Origin: Candidatus Woesearchaeota archaeon
GTDB lineage: Archaea; Nanobdellota; Nanobdellia; Woesearchaeales; ARS49
Direction of reading: 5' to 3'
DNA: 57,978 bases
Assembly (NCBI GenBank): GCA_014729555.1
Contig: WJJT01000021.1
Location: forward strand, 1-57,978
The notes below the pieces were generated by a model that was not told where the DNA came from, made no database searches, and was given only the letters and a program-made list of their open reading frames with translations. The position numbers and the translations under genes are program-made. Below, piece by piece: positions 1 through 8,412 of the stretch; the stretch's first letter is position 1; each line of letters opens with the position of its first letter.

Positions 1-1365
1 GCAGAAGATTACAGAGTAAGAAGCCTTGAAGATGAGTTTAAGATTAAACTGGTTTATGCTGATGCAAACTCAGCAAAGGTTCAGGTTAATGGTGAAATTT
101 CTGATATGCTGAAAGTTGGTGATTCTTTTATTAATGCCGCAGAACAGATTAAATTGACTTTAACACGCATAAGAAAAACTGAAGCAGAATTCTGTCTTGA
201 GAGGGCAGGAAGGGTTTGCTGCAGGACAAAAGATGATAAGACCCTGTTTGTGGAGTCTTCTCAAGCATGCACAGCACAACGCGGTGATGTGGCAGAAGAT
301 GCTTATTGTGGTGAAGTAATCTGCTGTGAATTGATGCGAAAAAAGACTCTTAATTCAAGGGCTGAGTGCAGCTGGTTAGAAGGAAGCAGAGAGCGTTCAA
401 AGGATGACTGCCCTGGAGGGGTTGAGTACCCGTCTTGTGAACAGCTTAAAGAGCAGTGCTCCTTGGACACCAGCTTTGCAGAGGCAAAGTGCAGAGTGGA
501 AGCAAAAAAGATTGAGAGAGAGCGCCATGAAATGCATGAAAAACTCAGAGGATTGGAAATATACCTTGAGAACATGCAGGAAACAAATGAAGAATACTCA
601 AATCTGATAACAGGTGGTGCAGTTGCAGGACAAGAGTGGGCAGGCAAATTAACAAGAGTGCACCAATGTATCTTACCTGCTACAGACAGCAGACCACAAT
701 TAATCGCCCCTCGTATCGGACCATTAGCGTGTACAGCTCCAGCACAGTTTGACACACAAGATAAGATTGTTGGATACATCTTAACTCCAGGATATACTAC
801 AGAAGCGAATCTTATGGACAAAACACAAGCAATTTACAGATGCGGAATTGAGAAATTAGATACACAACGCTGGATGAAAGGAAGCTGTTCCTCACCATTC
901 GGAATGCCAGCAGCAGGCACTTCAACTTTAATGGGTCTTTCTTTCAAGCAGCAAGTTCCTGGAACATTAGAAGTATTTGTCTGCAGTAATTCTGGAACAG
1001 ACGCGCAACAGTTTGGAAGCAACTTCCTTACAACAGACTCTAACTGTAGAGGAAGGCAAGATTTCCAAAACATCGGATCTCTTGGTTTCTGGCCGCAGAG
1101 CACAGACTGGACATACACTAAACCAGCACCTAAGCAGGCAAGAGAGCCAGTGCCTCCTCCAAAAAAAGAAAAAGAAACTAAAGGCTGTCCTCCAGAAGAA
1201 GCAGCTGAGATTAAGGCAGACTGCGCAGAGCAGATTGAAAGAACCAGAAAAAAATGCTATGAAGAGGAAATAATGAGAGCAGAAGAAGCATGCGCAGATA
1301 TTAAAGAAGAGTACAACAGGCTGCTTAAAATAATCCAGCAACTGCAGAGCTTGCTAGAAAAATAA
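1..1365 (+). CDS. Cys-rich coiled-coil secreted/surface protein, 5' partial (hypothetical)
   Basis: Frame 1 is open from base 1, with no stop before the listed Met at 106, so the gene enters the window truncated. I count 22 Cys. There are two similar Cys-punctuated helical K/E-rich segments (DCPGGVEYPSCEQLKEQC... and GCPPEEAAEIKADCAEQIERTRKKC...). No enzyme motif recognised. Confidence 0.6.
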   Translation, partial: AEDYRVRSLEDEFKIKLVYADANSAKVQVNGEISDMLKVGDSFINAAEQIKLTLTRIRKTEAEFCLERAGRVCCRTKDDKTLFVESSQACTAQRGDVAEDAYCGEVICCELMRKKTLNSRAECSWLEGSRERSKDDCPGGVEYPSCEQLKEQCSLDTSFAEAKCRVEAKKIERERHEMHEKLRGLEIYLENMQETNEEYSNLITGGAVAGQEWAGKLTRVHQCILPATDSRPQLIAPRIGPLACTAPAQFDTQDKIVGYILTPGYTTEANLMDKTQAIYRCGIEKLDTQRWMKGSCSSPFGMPAAGTSTLMGLSFKQQVPGTLEVFVCSNSGTDAQQFGSNFLTTDSNCRGRQDFQNIGSLGFWPQSTDWTYTKPAPKQAREPVPPPKKEKETKGCPPEEAAEIKADCAEQIERTRKKCYEEEIMRAEEACADIKEEYNRLLKIIQQLQSLLEK

Positions 1366-1456
1366 AACTCTTTTTCTTTTTTATTTCTTTTTTTCCATAA
1401 AATTTATATACTAGATAGTCTGATTTCTATTTAAGCTTGTTCTGGCTTGCATAGCT

Positions 1457-1990
1457 TTGTTTGCAGTTGCCTGCCAGCAGCAGCCTCAGGCTGGAAGAGC
1501 TTATGGGATGCCAAGCCCTTCGGATGTTGAAGCAGCATATTACCAAGAACCTTCATATAGAGATGTAGCACCACCACAGTATGGAATACCTGAACAGCCA
1601 CAGCCCCCAAACAGTGAAATTGGAATCTGGAGATTAATAGAAGATCCGCCAGGATCTAACCAGTGGAAGTGGGTTGATGAAACTGCAGCAAGCTACACTC
1701 CTCGAGAAAATCTTCCACCTGACAAGGTTATCAGGGTTCGCGTAACTCCAGAATTAAGTGATGCGCTTTCTGAACAACAAACAACAGGAGCAGCGTCGCC
1801 TAAAGTTGAACTTCCACAACCACAAACTATTGAAGTAAAACATTGTATAACTGGCATATATCCTGACGCCTCAACAATAACTAAATGCAAAATAATACCC
1901 CGCCCATTACCGGAAAAGTATGATATAAGAGAGAATACCAACCGCGAGATTAAGAAAATTTCCTGGAGAGAATCAGGTTGGATGATGTGA
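1457..1990 (+). CDS. hypothetical protein (possible lipoprotein, start uncertain)
   Basis: 177-codon ORF from a TTG start. The in-frame upstream stretch back to the stop at 1421 reads FLFKLVLACIALFAVAC, a signal/lipobox-like sequence, but holds no ATG/GTG. TATA-like TTTATATA lies near 1404-1411. Confidence 0.45.
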   Translation: MFAVACQQQPQAGRAYGMPSPSDVEAAYYQEPSYRDVAPPQYGIPEQPQPPNSEIGIWRLIEDPPGSNQWKWVDETAASYTPRENLPPDKVIRVRVTPELSDALSEQQTTGAASPKVELPQPQTIEVKHCITGIYPDASTITKCKIIPRPLPEKYDIRENTNREIKKISWRESGWMM

Positions 1991-2166
1991 AACAATATAT
2001 AAGCAGTTAGCAGAGAGTCTGTAACAGATAATACAGCGACGCTGGTTACTTAGCTTTTATTTTTTTCTTTATTTTTGCAACAAAAAACTCTCTCAAATTA
2101 GAAATTTGTGAGCAGATTTGTTCATCGCGAATCTATTTTCAAGTAGGAAAATACAGTTGCTATGCT

Positions 2167-2207
2167 CAGAAATGCTAACAAATTAAGATGACTATTTAGC
2201 ATTTCTG
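2167..2207 (-). terminator. stem-loop just 3' of the NSUN methyltransferase gene
   Basis: Perfect 11-bp inverted repeat CAGAAATGCTA (2167-2177) / TAGCATTTCTG (2197-2207), directly after the stop at 2210-2212 on the minus strand. The loop is long (19 nt). Confidence 0.3.
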
Positions 2208-2209
2208 CT

Positions 2210-3154
2210 TTATATTTTCTTTATCTTCGCTACAAAAAACCCTTCTGTATCATTGTCCTGAGGCCATAGTCTTAAGCATTTCTTGATGCTTGGATTATAC
2301 TTCGTCTTCTCAAACTCTAATACAGGAGAACCGCGGTTGATATCTAAGTTGATTTCCACTAATTCAGCATCTTCTCTGTTGCGCAATAAATAATCAACAA
2401 CCCCTTCATTTTCCTCAGGCTCTAAAGAACAGGTTGAATAAACCATCACGCCGTCTTTCTTCAGCAAATCAAATGAATTTAATATTAATCTCTTCTGCAT
2501 TCCTGCTATGCTGGTAACTGTTTTTGGATTCCACCATTTAATTGTTTTAATACTTTTTCTAATCGTGCCTGTTCCAGAGCAGGGTGCATCCAAAAGAACC
2601 TTGTCAAAAGAATATCCTTTAATCCTCTCCCCTTTCATTTGCGTTACAACTGTATTACTAACCCCGCACCGTTGTAAGTTAATACCAAGTGCTGCCAGTC
2701 TCTGTCCTACTACATCATTTGCAATCAACACCCCTTTATTCTGCATGTATTGGGCTATCTGCGAACTTTTTGAGCCTGGCGCTGCGCAGACATCTAATAC
2801 TATTTCCCCTGGTTTTGGATCCAAAACAATTGGTGGTATCATTGAAGCAGCTTCTTGTACATAATAATATCCCAGTGCATGTTCTACAGTATTGCCTGCA
2901 TCAAGCCGGCCTTCTTTGTGCTCAACAAATAATCCTTCTTTGCACCAGGGTATCTCTTTGATTTCCCAGTTAGAACTTAACCTTTTCTTGATTTCACTTA
3001 TTGGCTTCTTCAGTGTATTCACGCGTATAGATTTCCGCAAGAAACATAGTGTATACTTCTTGAACTCCTCCCAATCAGTCAACTCAGAATATCTCTCAAC
3101 AAACTTAGGTTTAAACTCTATGTCTTCTGTTCCTGGTATCTTTTTCAGCTTCAT
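2210..3154 (-). CDS. NOL1/NOP2/Sun-family RNA (cytosine-C5) methyltransferase
   Basis: SAM motif VLDVCAAPGSKSSQ. Catalytic motifs DAPCSGTGTIRK and YSTCSLEPEENE. 4-nt overlap with the upstream elp3. Confidence 0.9.
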   Translation of the reverse strand: MKLKKIPGTEDIEFKPKFVERYSELTDWEEFKKYTLCFLRKSIRVNTLKKPISEIKKRLSSNWEIKEIPWCKEGLFVEHKEGRLDAGNTVEHALGYYYVQEAASMIPPIVLDPKPGEIVLDVCAAPGSKSSQIAQYMQNKGVLIANDVVGQRLAALGINLQRCGVSNTVVTQMKGERIKGYSFDKVLLDAPCSGTGTIRKSIKTIKWWNPKTVTSIAGMQKRLILNSFDLLKKDGVMVYSTCSLEPEENEGVVDYLLRNREDAELVEINLDINRGSPVLEFEKTKYNPSIKKCLRLWPQDNDTEGFFVAKIKKI

Positions 3155-4827
3155 AGTTTCTTGCTTACATACACCCCTTCTTTCTTATACCCTAATTTTT
3201 TGTAATACCCGCGCACACCTATCCCTGATATCACCAGCATCTTGTCACATTTAAATTCTTCTTTTGCAATCCTTTCTGCCTCAAGCATCAATTTTTTGCC
3301 CAGGCCTTTGTGCTGAAGAGCCACTCCTTTTTCTCCTACTGGAACTGCAGTGCCATAGACATGCAATTCCCTTATTCCTGCTGATTTTTTTGTTATCTCT
3401 GGCCTGAAAGGCTTGTAAGGAATACGTAACCTGCAAAATCCAAGCAAAACATCTCCAACTTCTGCTGATAAAAAAACTTCTTTTCCTTTGCTTGCAGTAT
3501 AATCCGTTCTTTTAATCATACTTTTTGAAAAATCAATTTTCCGGCCTTTTGGTTCTCTGCAACGAATACATTTGCACTTTATATTCTTGTCTTTCAGTAT
3601 TTTTGAGACATACTGCCGCAAATTAGTCCTGTCCACACCTGCAGATATCATTGTAGTGGGTATATCCCTTTGTACTCTCATCACCCGGCAATATGTAGGA
3701 ATGTACTTCTTTGCCTGTGCTATTATTTTTGCTGCAACAGATGTTGTCAGAGGCTTATATTTCTTGGCTTTCCATAAGTCATAAAGTTCTGTTCCCTCTA
3801 TAACCATGCAGGGATATATCTTCAGTGCATCTGGCTTGAAATCAGGATTTGAAAATAATTCTTTAAACATAGCAGTATCTTTTTCAGGGCTTGAGCCTGG
3901 AAGTCCGGGCATAAGGTGATACCCTGTCTTTAGGAAAGAATCTTTCATTAATTGTGTTGCTTTTACAGCATCCTGGACACTATGTCCTCTTTTTATTTTG
4001 CGCATTACATCTTCATATACTGTCTGCACTCCCAGCTCCACTCTTGTTCCTCCTAGTTTTAGCATTTCATTAATCTCTTTCTTAAAGCAGTAATCAGGCC
4101 TTGTTTCCAAGCACATTGCAACACACCGTATCTTAGACTTCTCATTCCTTTTTTGCTCTTTGGCAAGTGTTGACTTCCCTTTTAACTTAATCATCCTTTC
4201 TTGAATCCGTTTAACTCTTTCATCATCACGCATGTCTCCTGGCATCTCAAAAAACTCTTTATACCTGGCAAAATCCATTTCACCTTTAGAAAAAAATTCA
4301 TCACCAAAGTCATTCATTGCCTTTAGTGCATAAGTGATAAACTCTTCCTGATATTTTGAATCAAAACCAGGAAAAGTTCCCCCCATAACAATCAACTCAA
4401 CCTTATCCGGCATATGCCCCAGGGCAATATACTGCTCTAAACGATTAAACACCTGTAAATAAGCATCATACTTGTTCCTTATCGCCCGCATTGTTGCAGG
4501 TTCCTGGCCTGTATAGCTCTGCGGGACATCCCCAAAAAAGCTTGACGGCCCTCCTGGGCAGTACATGCACCGCCCATGCTTGCAGGCAAAGGGATAGCTC
4601 ATCACAGCCACCACTGCCACTCCTGATTGTGTTCTCATTGGTTTTACAACAACATCCATTTCAGAAATATCTTCTGGAGAAGCATGCAGTAAAATCTCTA
4701 TGTCTGTTGGTGGCTGTCTTACGCCGTATTTCTGGCATAGTTTGTTCTTTAGTTTGGACAGTTTTTCTCTTGGCAGTTTTTTCTGTTTTAATGCCTCTAT
4801 CAGTTCTTGAATTAATTTTTTGTTCAT
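3151..4827 (-). CDS. elp3: Elp3-type radical SAM / GNAT tRNA-modification enzyme
   Basis: Radical-SAM cluster motif CKHGRCMYCPGG. C-terminal GNAT segment LQHKGLGKKLMLEAERIAKEE. Length of 558 aa is typical of archaeal Elp3. Confidence 0.9.
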   Translation of the reverse strand: MNKKLIQELIEALKQKKLPREKLSKLKNKLCQKYGVRQPPTDIEILLHASPEDISEMDVVVKPMRTQSGVAVVAVMSYPFACKHGRCMYCPGGPSSFFGDVPQSYTGQEPATMRAIRNKYDAYLQVFNRLEQYIALGHMPDKVELIVMGGTFPGFDSKYQEEFITYALKAMNDFGDEFFSKGEMDFARYKEFFEMPGDMRDDERVKRIQERMIKLKGKSTLAKEQKRNEKSKIRCVAMCLETRPDYCFKKEINEMLKLGGTRVELGVQTVYEDVMRKIKRGHSVQDAVKATQLMKDSFLKTGYHLMPGLPGSSPEKDTAMFKELFSNPDFKPDALKIYPCMVIEGTELYDLWKAKKYKPLTTSVAAKIIAQAKKYIPTYCRVMRVQRDIPTTMISAGVDRTNLRQYVSKILKDKNIKCKCIRCREPKGRKIDFSKSMIKRTDYTASKGKEVFLSAEVGDVLLGFCRLRIPYKPFRPEITKKSAGIRELHVYGTAVPVGEKGVALQHKGLGKKLMLEAERIAKEEFKCDKMLVISGIGVRGYYKKLGYKKEGVYVSKKL

Positions 4828-4864
4828 GAGACGTAGAAATAACAGTTTGCTTTAAAAGTTTGCC

Positions 4865-5500
4865 CTAAATATCCTCTAGTGTTGTATAAACAATTTCTTT
4901 TATCTTGAGTATTGTTCCTGGTTCTATAAAAAAGTCTATTGCAAACCTGCGGCCTTCAAATGTTCTTGCCTGCAATAAGCAGGATTCCACACATGCATGG
5001 TGGAATTCTCCTGAGACTGTCCTGTATGCCGGGTTTAAGAACTCATATCCTTGCAGAACCGGCCCTTCTAATAAATCCAGCACAGGATTTTCTTCATGTT
5101 GTTGTATTGAGTTTCCTGTGACTCCTCCTCCCAGAACGCTTGTTCCTGTTATCCTGTTGTGTGTGCTGTCTTTTCTCTTGACATTCTTGTAAACCAGATT
5201 TCGCATTCCCCTTTCATTATCAAGGTATATTGATACTGTTCCTTCTCCTATTACTTCTCCGCTTAGTGTGAGTGAAGTAAGATGCACTGGTTCTGAAATT
5301 AAAGACCTTAAATAGAATCTCTGGCTCTGCTCAACAAAAAGGTTAAGGTCCTGGCTGTGCACGCTTGTGCTTGCATATCCCACTATTTCTGGCCTTGAAA
5401 AGACAAGGGCCAACAGGACAAGGCATATCATCAGTACTGCAAATTCTGCTTTTACAAATCTTATTCTTGCTTTGTCTGCTTTTTCTATTGCTTTTTTCAT
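4865..5500 (-). CDS. signal-anchored hypothetical protein
   Basis: 211-aa ORF with an N-terminal basic stretch followed by the TM helix FAVLMICLVLLALVF. 4-nt overlap (ATGA) with the upstream gene. Confidence 0.55.
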   Translation of the reverse strand: MKKAIEKADKARIRFVKAEFAVLMICLVLLALVFSRPEIVGYASTSVHSQDLNLFVEQSQRFYLRSLISEPVHLTSLTLSGEVIGEGTVSIYLDNERGMRNLVYKNVKRKDSTHNRITGTSVLGGGVTGNSIQQHEENPVLDLLEGPVLQGYEFLNPAYRTVSGEFHHACVESCLLQARTFEGRRFAIDFFIEPGTILKIKEIVYTTLEDI

Positions 5501-6039
5501 GTTGTTAACAGGCCTATTGTCTGGAAGAACAGGTCGTTTTTCTCAGGGCACACACCGTTGCATTCGACAACTTCATTCCATTTGGAAGAGGCTGCCTTGT
5601 TGTGAAGCGCATCTATGTCTTGGTTTGCTGCTGTGAGTGCTTTTGAAAACTCTACTATGTTTTCTGTTCCCCAGTATCTTTGTGTTATTAGTATGTTTGT
5701 CAGTAAGTTGCTGTATTTTATTTCATGTCCTTTTTCGTTTATCACAATCATGATGAAATTAAAATAATCGTCTGGAACACAGGTTTCTTTTAGGCAGTCA
5801 AGCATTGAGAGCCAGGCCTCTGTTATCTCTGGATTGTCTATGTCTGTCACTATTTCGTCTATTTTTGTTATGTCTTTTGCTTTTTCTACAGAATTGTCCC
5901 TGTTCTGGTATAGCTTGACTATTGTTGGTATGAGCTCTGGTGTCTGGCTCTCTCCTGTTGTAAAGCTGAGCAGTATTGCCAGGGCAGTCACCAGTATGCC
6001 CAGTCCTAGTGTTCCTATCACCACTGTTTTTAAACTCAT
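5497..6039 (-). CDS. signal-anchored hypothetical protein
   Basis: 180-aa ORF with N-terminal TM helix VVIGTLGLGILVTALAILL. Several Cys in the extracytoplasmic part. Confidence 0.55.
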   Translation of the reverse strand: MSLKTVVIGTLGLGILVTALAILLSFTTGESQTPELIPTIVKLYQNRDNSVEKAKDITKIDEIVTDIDNPEITEAWLSMLDCLKETCVPDDYFNFIMIVINEKGHEIKYSNLLTNILITQRYWGTENIVEFSKALTAANQDIDALHNKAASSKWNEVVECNGVCPEKNDLFFQTIGLLTT

Positions 6040-6086
6040 TTATATAAAATGTAGCTTTGTAGTATAAATATCTTTCGACTCAAGAA

Positions 6087-6518
6087 TTACTCAAGGTATG
6101 TCAGGACTCCTGCCTGTTCCTTGTGGTCAAGCCCTGTTGAGCTTTGGTATTCAAAATCTAGTTCTGTCTTTAGTTTTTCTCCTTTAGATCCGTATTTGCA
6201 GTCAGAAAGAACAAATGTTTCTTGTTCGCTGTTTTTTAGCTCTTTGCCTTCTTCGAGCGAGCATTTTCCTTCTGGGTCGCTTATTTTTTGTATGAACACG
6301 TCTTGTCCAAGATTGTTTTCTATCACTAATGTTAGTTCATCGTTTGTTGCCTGCACGTCCTGGCAGTCAAGCCCTGGCACTATTTCGCATTGCTCCTGCC
6401 CGAATGTCTCTGGGCTCAGGAATCCAAAATACAGAAGTGCCCCTATTGCTATTATGAATACAAGAATTACCCAGCCGTATGTTAGCAGAAATTCTATTGC
6501 TGCTTGCCCTTTTTCCAT
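6087..6518 (-). CDS. archaeal type IV pilin-like protein (class III signal peptide, DUF361-like)
   Basis: N-terminus MEKGQ/AAIEFLLTYGWVILVFIIAIGALLYFGF matches the KGQ-xxxEF prepilin peptidase site plus hydrophobic helix of archaeal pilins. Four Cys in the globular part. Confidence 0.7.
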   Translation of the reverse strand: MEKGQAAIEFLLTYGWVILVFIIAIGALLYFGFLSPETFGQEQCEIVPGLDCQDVQATNDELTLVIENNLGQDVFIQKISDPEGKCSLEEGKELKNSEQETFVLSDCKYGSKGEKLKTELDFEYQSSTGLDHKEQAGVLTYLE

Positions 6519-6530
6519 AATTCACCTTTT

Positions 6531-7274
6531 TTATTTTTTGGCTGGCGCCTTTCCGCCGGCTGCTGGCTTTGCACCTTCTTTTGTTTCTGCTGGCAGCATT
6601 TCTTCTATTATTGCTGATGGAATTCCGATGTCCAGCAGTTTTGTCTTGATTTCTCCTCTTGACTTGCCTTCCATCTTTGCGATTATGTCTTTTGCTTTTG
6701 TTTCGTATTCTTTTCTTCTCTTTTCCAGGTCTTCCTGTAGTTTTTTCTTCTCTGTTTCCAGTTTCTTTAGTTCTTCTGCTGACAGTTCTGTTTTTCCTGC
6801 CTTGATCTTGTCTGCATATTCTCCTTTGTTTATGTCTGCTATCGTGTCTCTTGCCTGCTTGCCTTCTACCATTATTCCCATGCTGTCGCATGAGCCTATT
6901 ATTTCTTTTACTTTTGCTATCCTGTCTTTGCCGAGCAGTGCCCCTTCTTTCATTTTTGCAATCTTGATTACCTGCTCAATCTTGATGTCTGCAACCTTGT
7001 CTGTTAAAGGATTAGATGCGCATTTTTCCACTCCTGCCTCTTTTTTGACCAGTGCAGAAACAGGCGGTGTTCCAACAGTAATAGTGAATGACTTGTCGTC
7101 TTTTACTGTGACTTTGACAGGCACTTTCATTCCTTTGAAGTCTGCTGTTTTCTTGTTTATTTCAGCGACTACCTGCCCTATGTTCACTCCTGCTGGCCCT
7201 AGCGCTGGCCCTAATGGCGGTGCTGCTGTTGCTTTTCCGCCTTCAATCAATGCCTCTATTACTTGGTCTGCCAT
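6531..7274 (-). CDS. rpl11: 50S ribosomal protein L11 (uL11) with long C-terminal extension
   Basis: N-terminal 160 aa is canonical L11 (PPLGPALGPAGVNIGQVVAEINKKT, TVGTPPVSALVKKEAG). It is followed by about 87 extra K/E-rich residues ending KPAAGGKAPAKK. Confidence 0.9.
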   Translation of the reverse strand: MADQVIEALIEGGKATAAPPLGPALGPAGVNIGQVVAEINKKTADFKGMKVPVKVTVKDDKSFTITVGTPPVSALVKKEAGVEKCASNPLTDKVADIKIEQVIKIAKMKEGALLGKDRIAKVKEIIGSCDSMGIMVEGKQARDTIADINKGEYADKIKAGKTELSAEELKKLETEKKKLQEDLEKRRKEYETKAKDIIAKMEGKSRGEIKTKLLDIGIPSAIIEEMLPAETKEGAKPAAGGKAPAKK

Positions 7275-7299
7275 TTTATTATTCTTGTTTAATGATGGT

Positions 7300-7818
7300 T
7301 TATAAGGTTTGCGCTTCCTCTTCTTTTTCTTCTGCAGCAGGCTCTTCTGAGTCTCTTCTTATGACTTTTACAGCGTCCATTTTTACTGTTATTGGGATTG
7401 GAACTGCTGCTTCTAATAGCTCGACTACTACTTCTTCTTTTGCCTTGTCTATTCTTGTGATTTTTGCCTGCTCTCTCTTGAACGGTCCTGAGATTATCTC
7501 TACTATGTCATTTTTCTGTATGTTAACGTCTCTTCTTACCTGTTCAAGCATGTGCTCTATTTCCTTGTAGTCAACTTCTTTTGGCAGGATTCCTCTGGCG
7601 TATGGCACGTTAAATGCTGCTTGTTCTGCGTGTATCCTGTCTTTTGCCTCTACAAAGATGTATCCTCTCATGCCGTGCGGCCTGACTATTGCAAAGACTT
7701 CAAGTCCTTTTTTCTGTACATTTGCTGCTACAAAGTCAAGGACCTGGTCTTCCCGGTTCGCAGTTGTTCTTAGCGCGAATATGTGTGATTTTGGTTCGTT
7801 TTTTTGTTCTTCTGGCAT
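7300..7818 (-). CDS. spt5: transcription elongation factor Spt5 (NusG)
   Basis: NGN domain (FALRTTANREDQV, VRPHGMRGYIFVEA). KOW motif (IQKNDIVEIISGPFKREQAKITRID). Conserved secE-spt5-rpl11 order. Confidence 0.9.
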   Translation of the reverse strand: MPEEQKNEPKSHIFALRTTANREDQVLDFVAANVQKKGLEVFAIVRPHGMRGYIFVEAKDRIHAEQAAFNVPYARGILPKEVDYKEIEHMLEQVRRDVNIQKNDIVEIISGPFKREQAKITRIDKAKEEVVVELLEAAVPIPITVKMDAVKVIRRDSEEPAAEEKEEEAQTL

Positions 7819-7906
7819 TTTAGGTTACCCTACCTCTTTTATATCTGAAAAGAATATTTTATTGAGTAAGATTATTAATACCTTTAAAAAGGTTTCGAAA
7901 ATCCAG

Positions 7907-8263
7907 TTATAACAGCAATTCCTTGATAAAGTGTATCGCAAACCCTATCAGCCCGATTATTATGATTCCCAGTCCTGATATCTTGACTATTGTCTTGAAT
8001 TCAAATGAGTTTGGTTTTTTTGTTATTTTCAGAACTCTTCTGCATTCCCGCAGGAAATCCTTTAATTTTTCTTTCCACCCTTGTTTTTTCTCTTCCTGCT
8101 GTTTTTCCTGGTCTCTTTTCTTTGCTATAAACATCTGTGTTGGCTGCTGTTCAAATTTCTTTGGCAGTTCTCCGCCTGTAGGGAATTCCTCTGTTTTGGC
8201 AGTTTTCTCTATTTTCTCTATGTCTTCCTGCATCTCTGGTTTTTCTTCTTTGTGTTCTTTCAT
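7907..8263 (-). CDS. secE: protein translocase subunit SecE (Sec61 gamma) with N-terminal charged extension
   Basis: C-terminal ECRRVLKITKKPNSFEFKTIVKISGLGIIIIGLIGFAIHFI is the SecE amphipathic plus TM segment. Position upstream of spt5 is conserved. Confidence 0.8.
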   Translation of the reverse strand: MKEHKEEKPEMQEDIEKIEKTAKTEEFPTGGELPKKFEQQPTQMFIAKKRDQEKQQEEKKQGWKEKLKDFLRECRRVLKITKKPNSFEFKTIVKISGLGIIIIGLIGFAIHFIKELLL

Positions 8264-8288
8264 AGTAAGTCAGAAAAATAAGGAGTAG

Positions 8289-8296
8289 TATAAAAA
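8289..8296 (-). promoter_or_regulatory. TATA-box-like element for secE-spt5-rpl11
   Basis: Minus-strand TTTTTATA lies 26-33 nt upstream of the secE ATG at 8263. This spacing fits an archaeal promoter with a very short leader. Confidence 0.4.
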
Positions 8297-8412
8297 GTTA
8301 ATCTTTTTGCGTGCATAGCACCTAGCGAAGTTTTCAGCATATACATCCAAGTTAGCATAAATCTGAAATAAAAGAAATATCAGAATCCTGGCAAAGCATG
8401 ATATGCACTTGC

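Noticed and set aside
6121-7305. 394-aa plus-strand ORF, the longest unannotated ORF in the track
   Set aside because: It lies entirely antisense to the pilin and rpl11 genes, which have unambiguous motifs. Its product is S/F/A-rich low complexity, typical of the reverse frame of K/E-rich genes.
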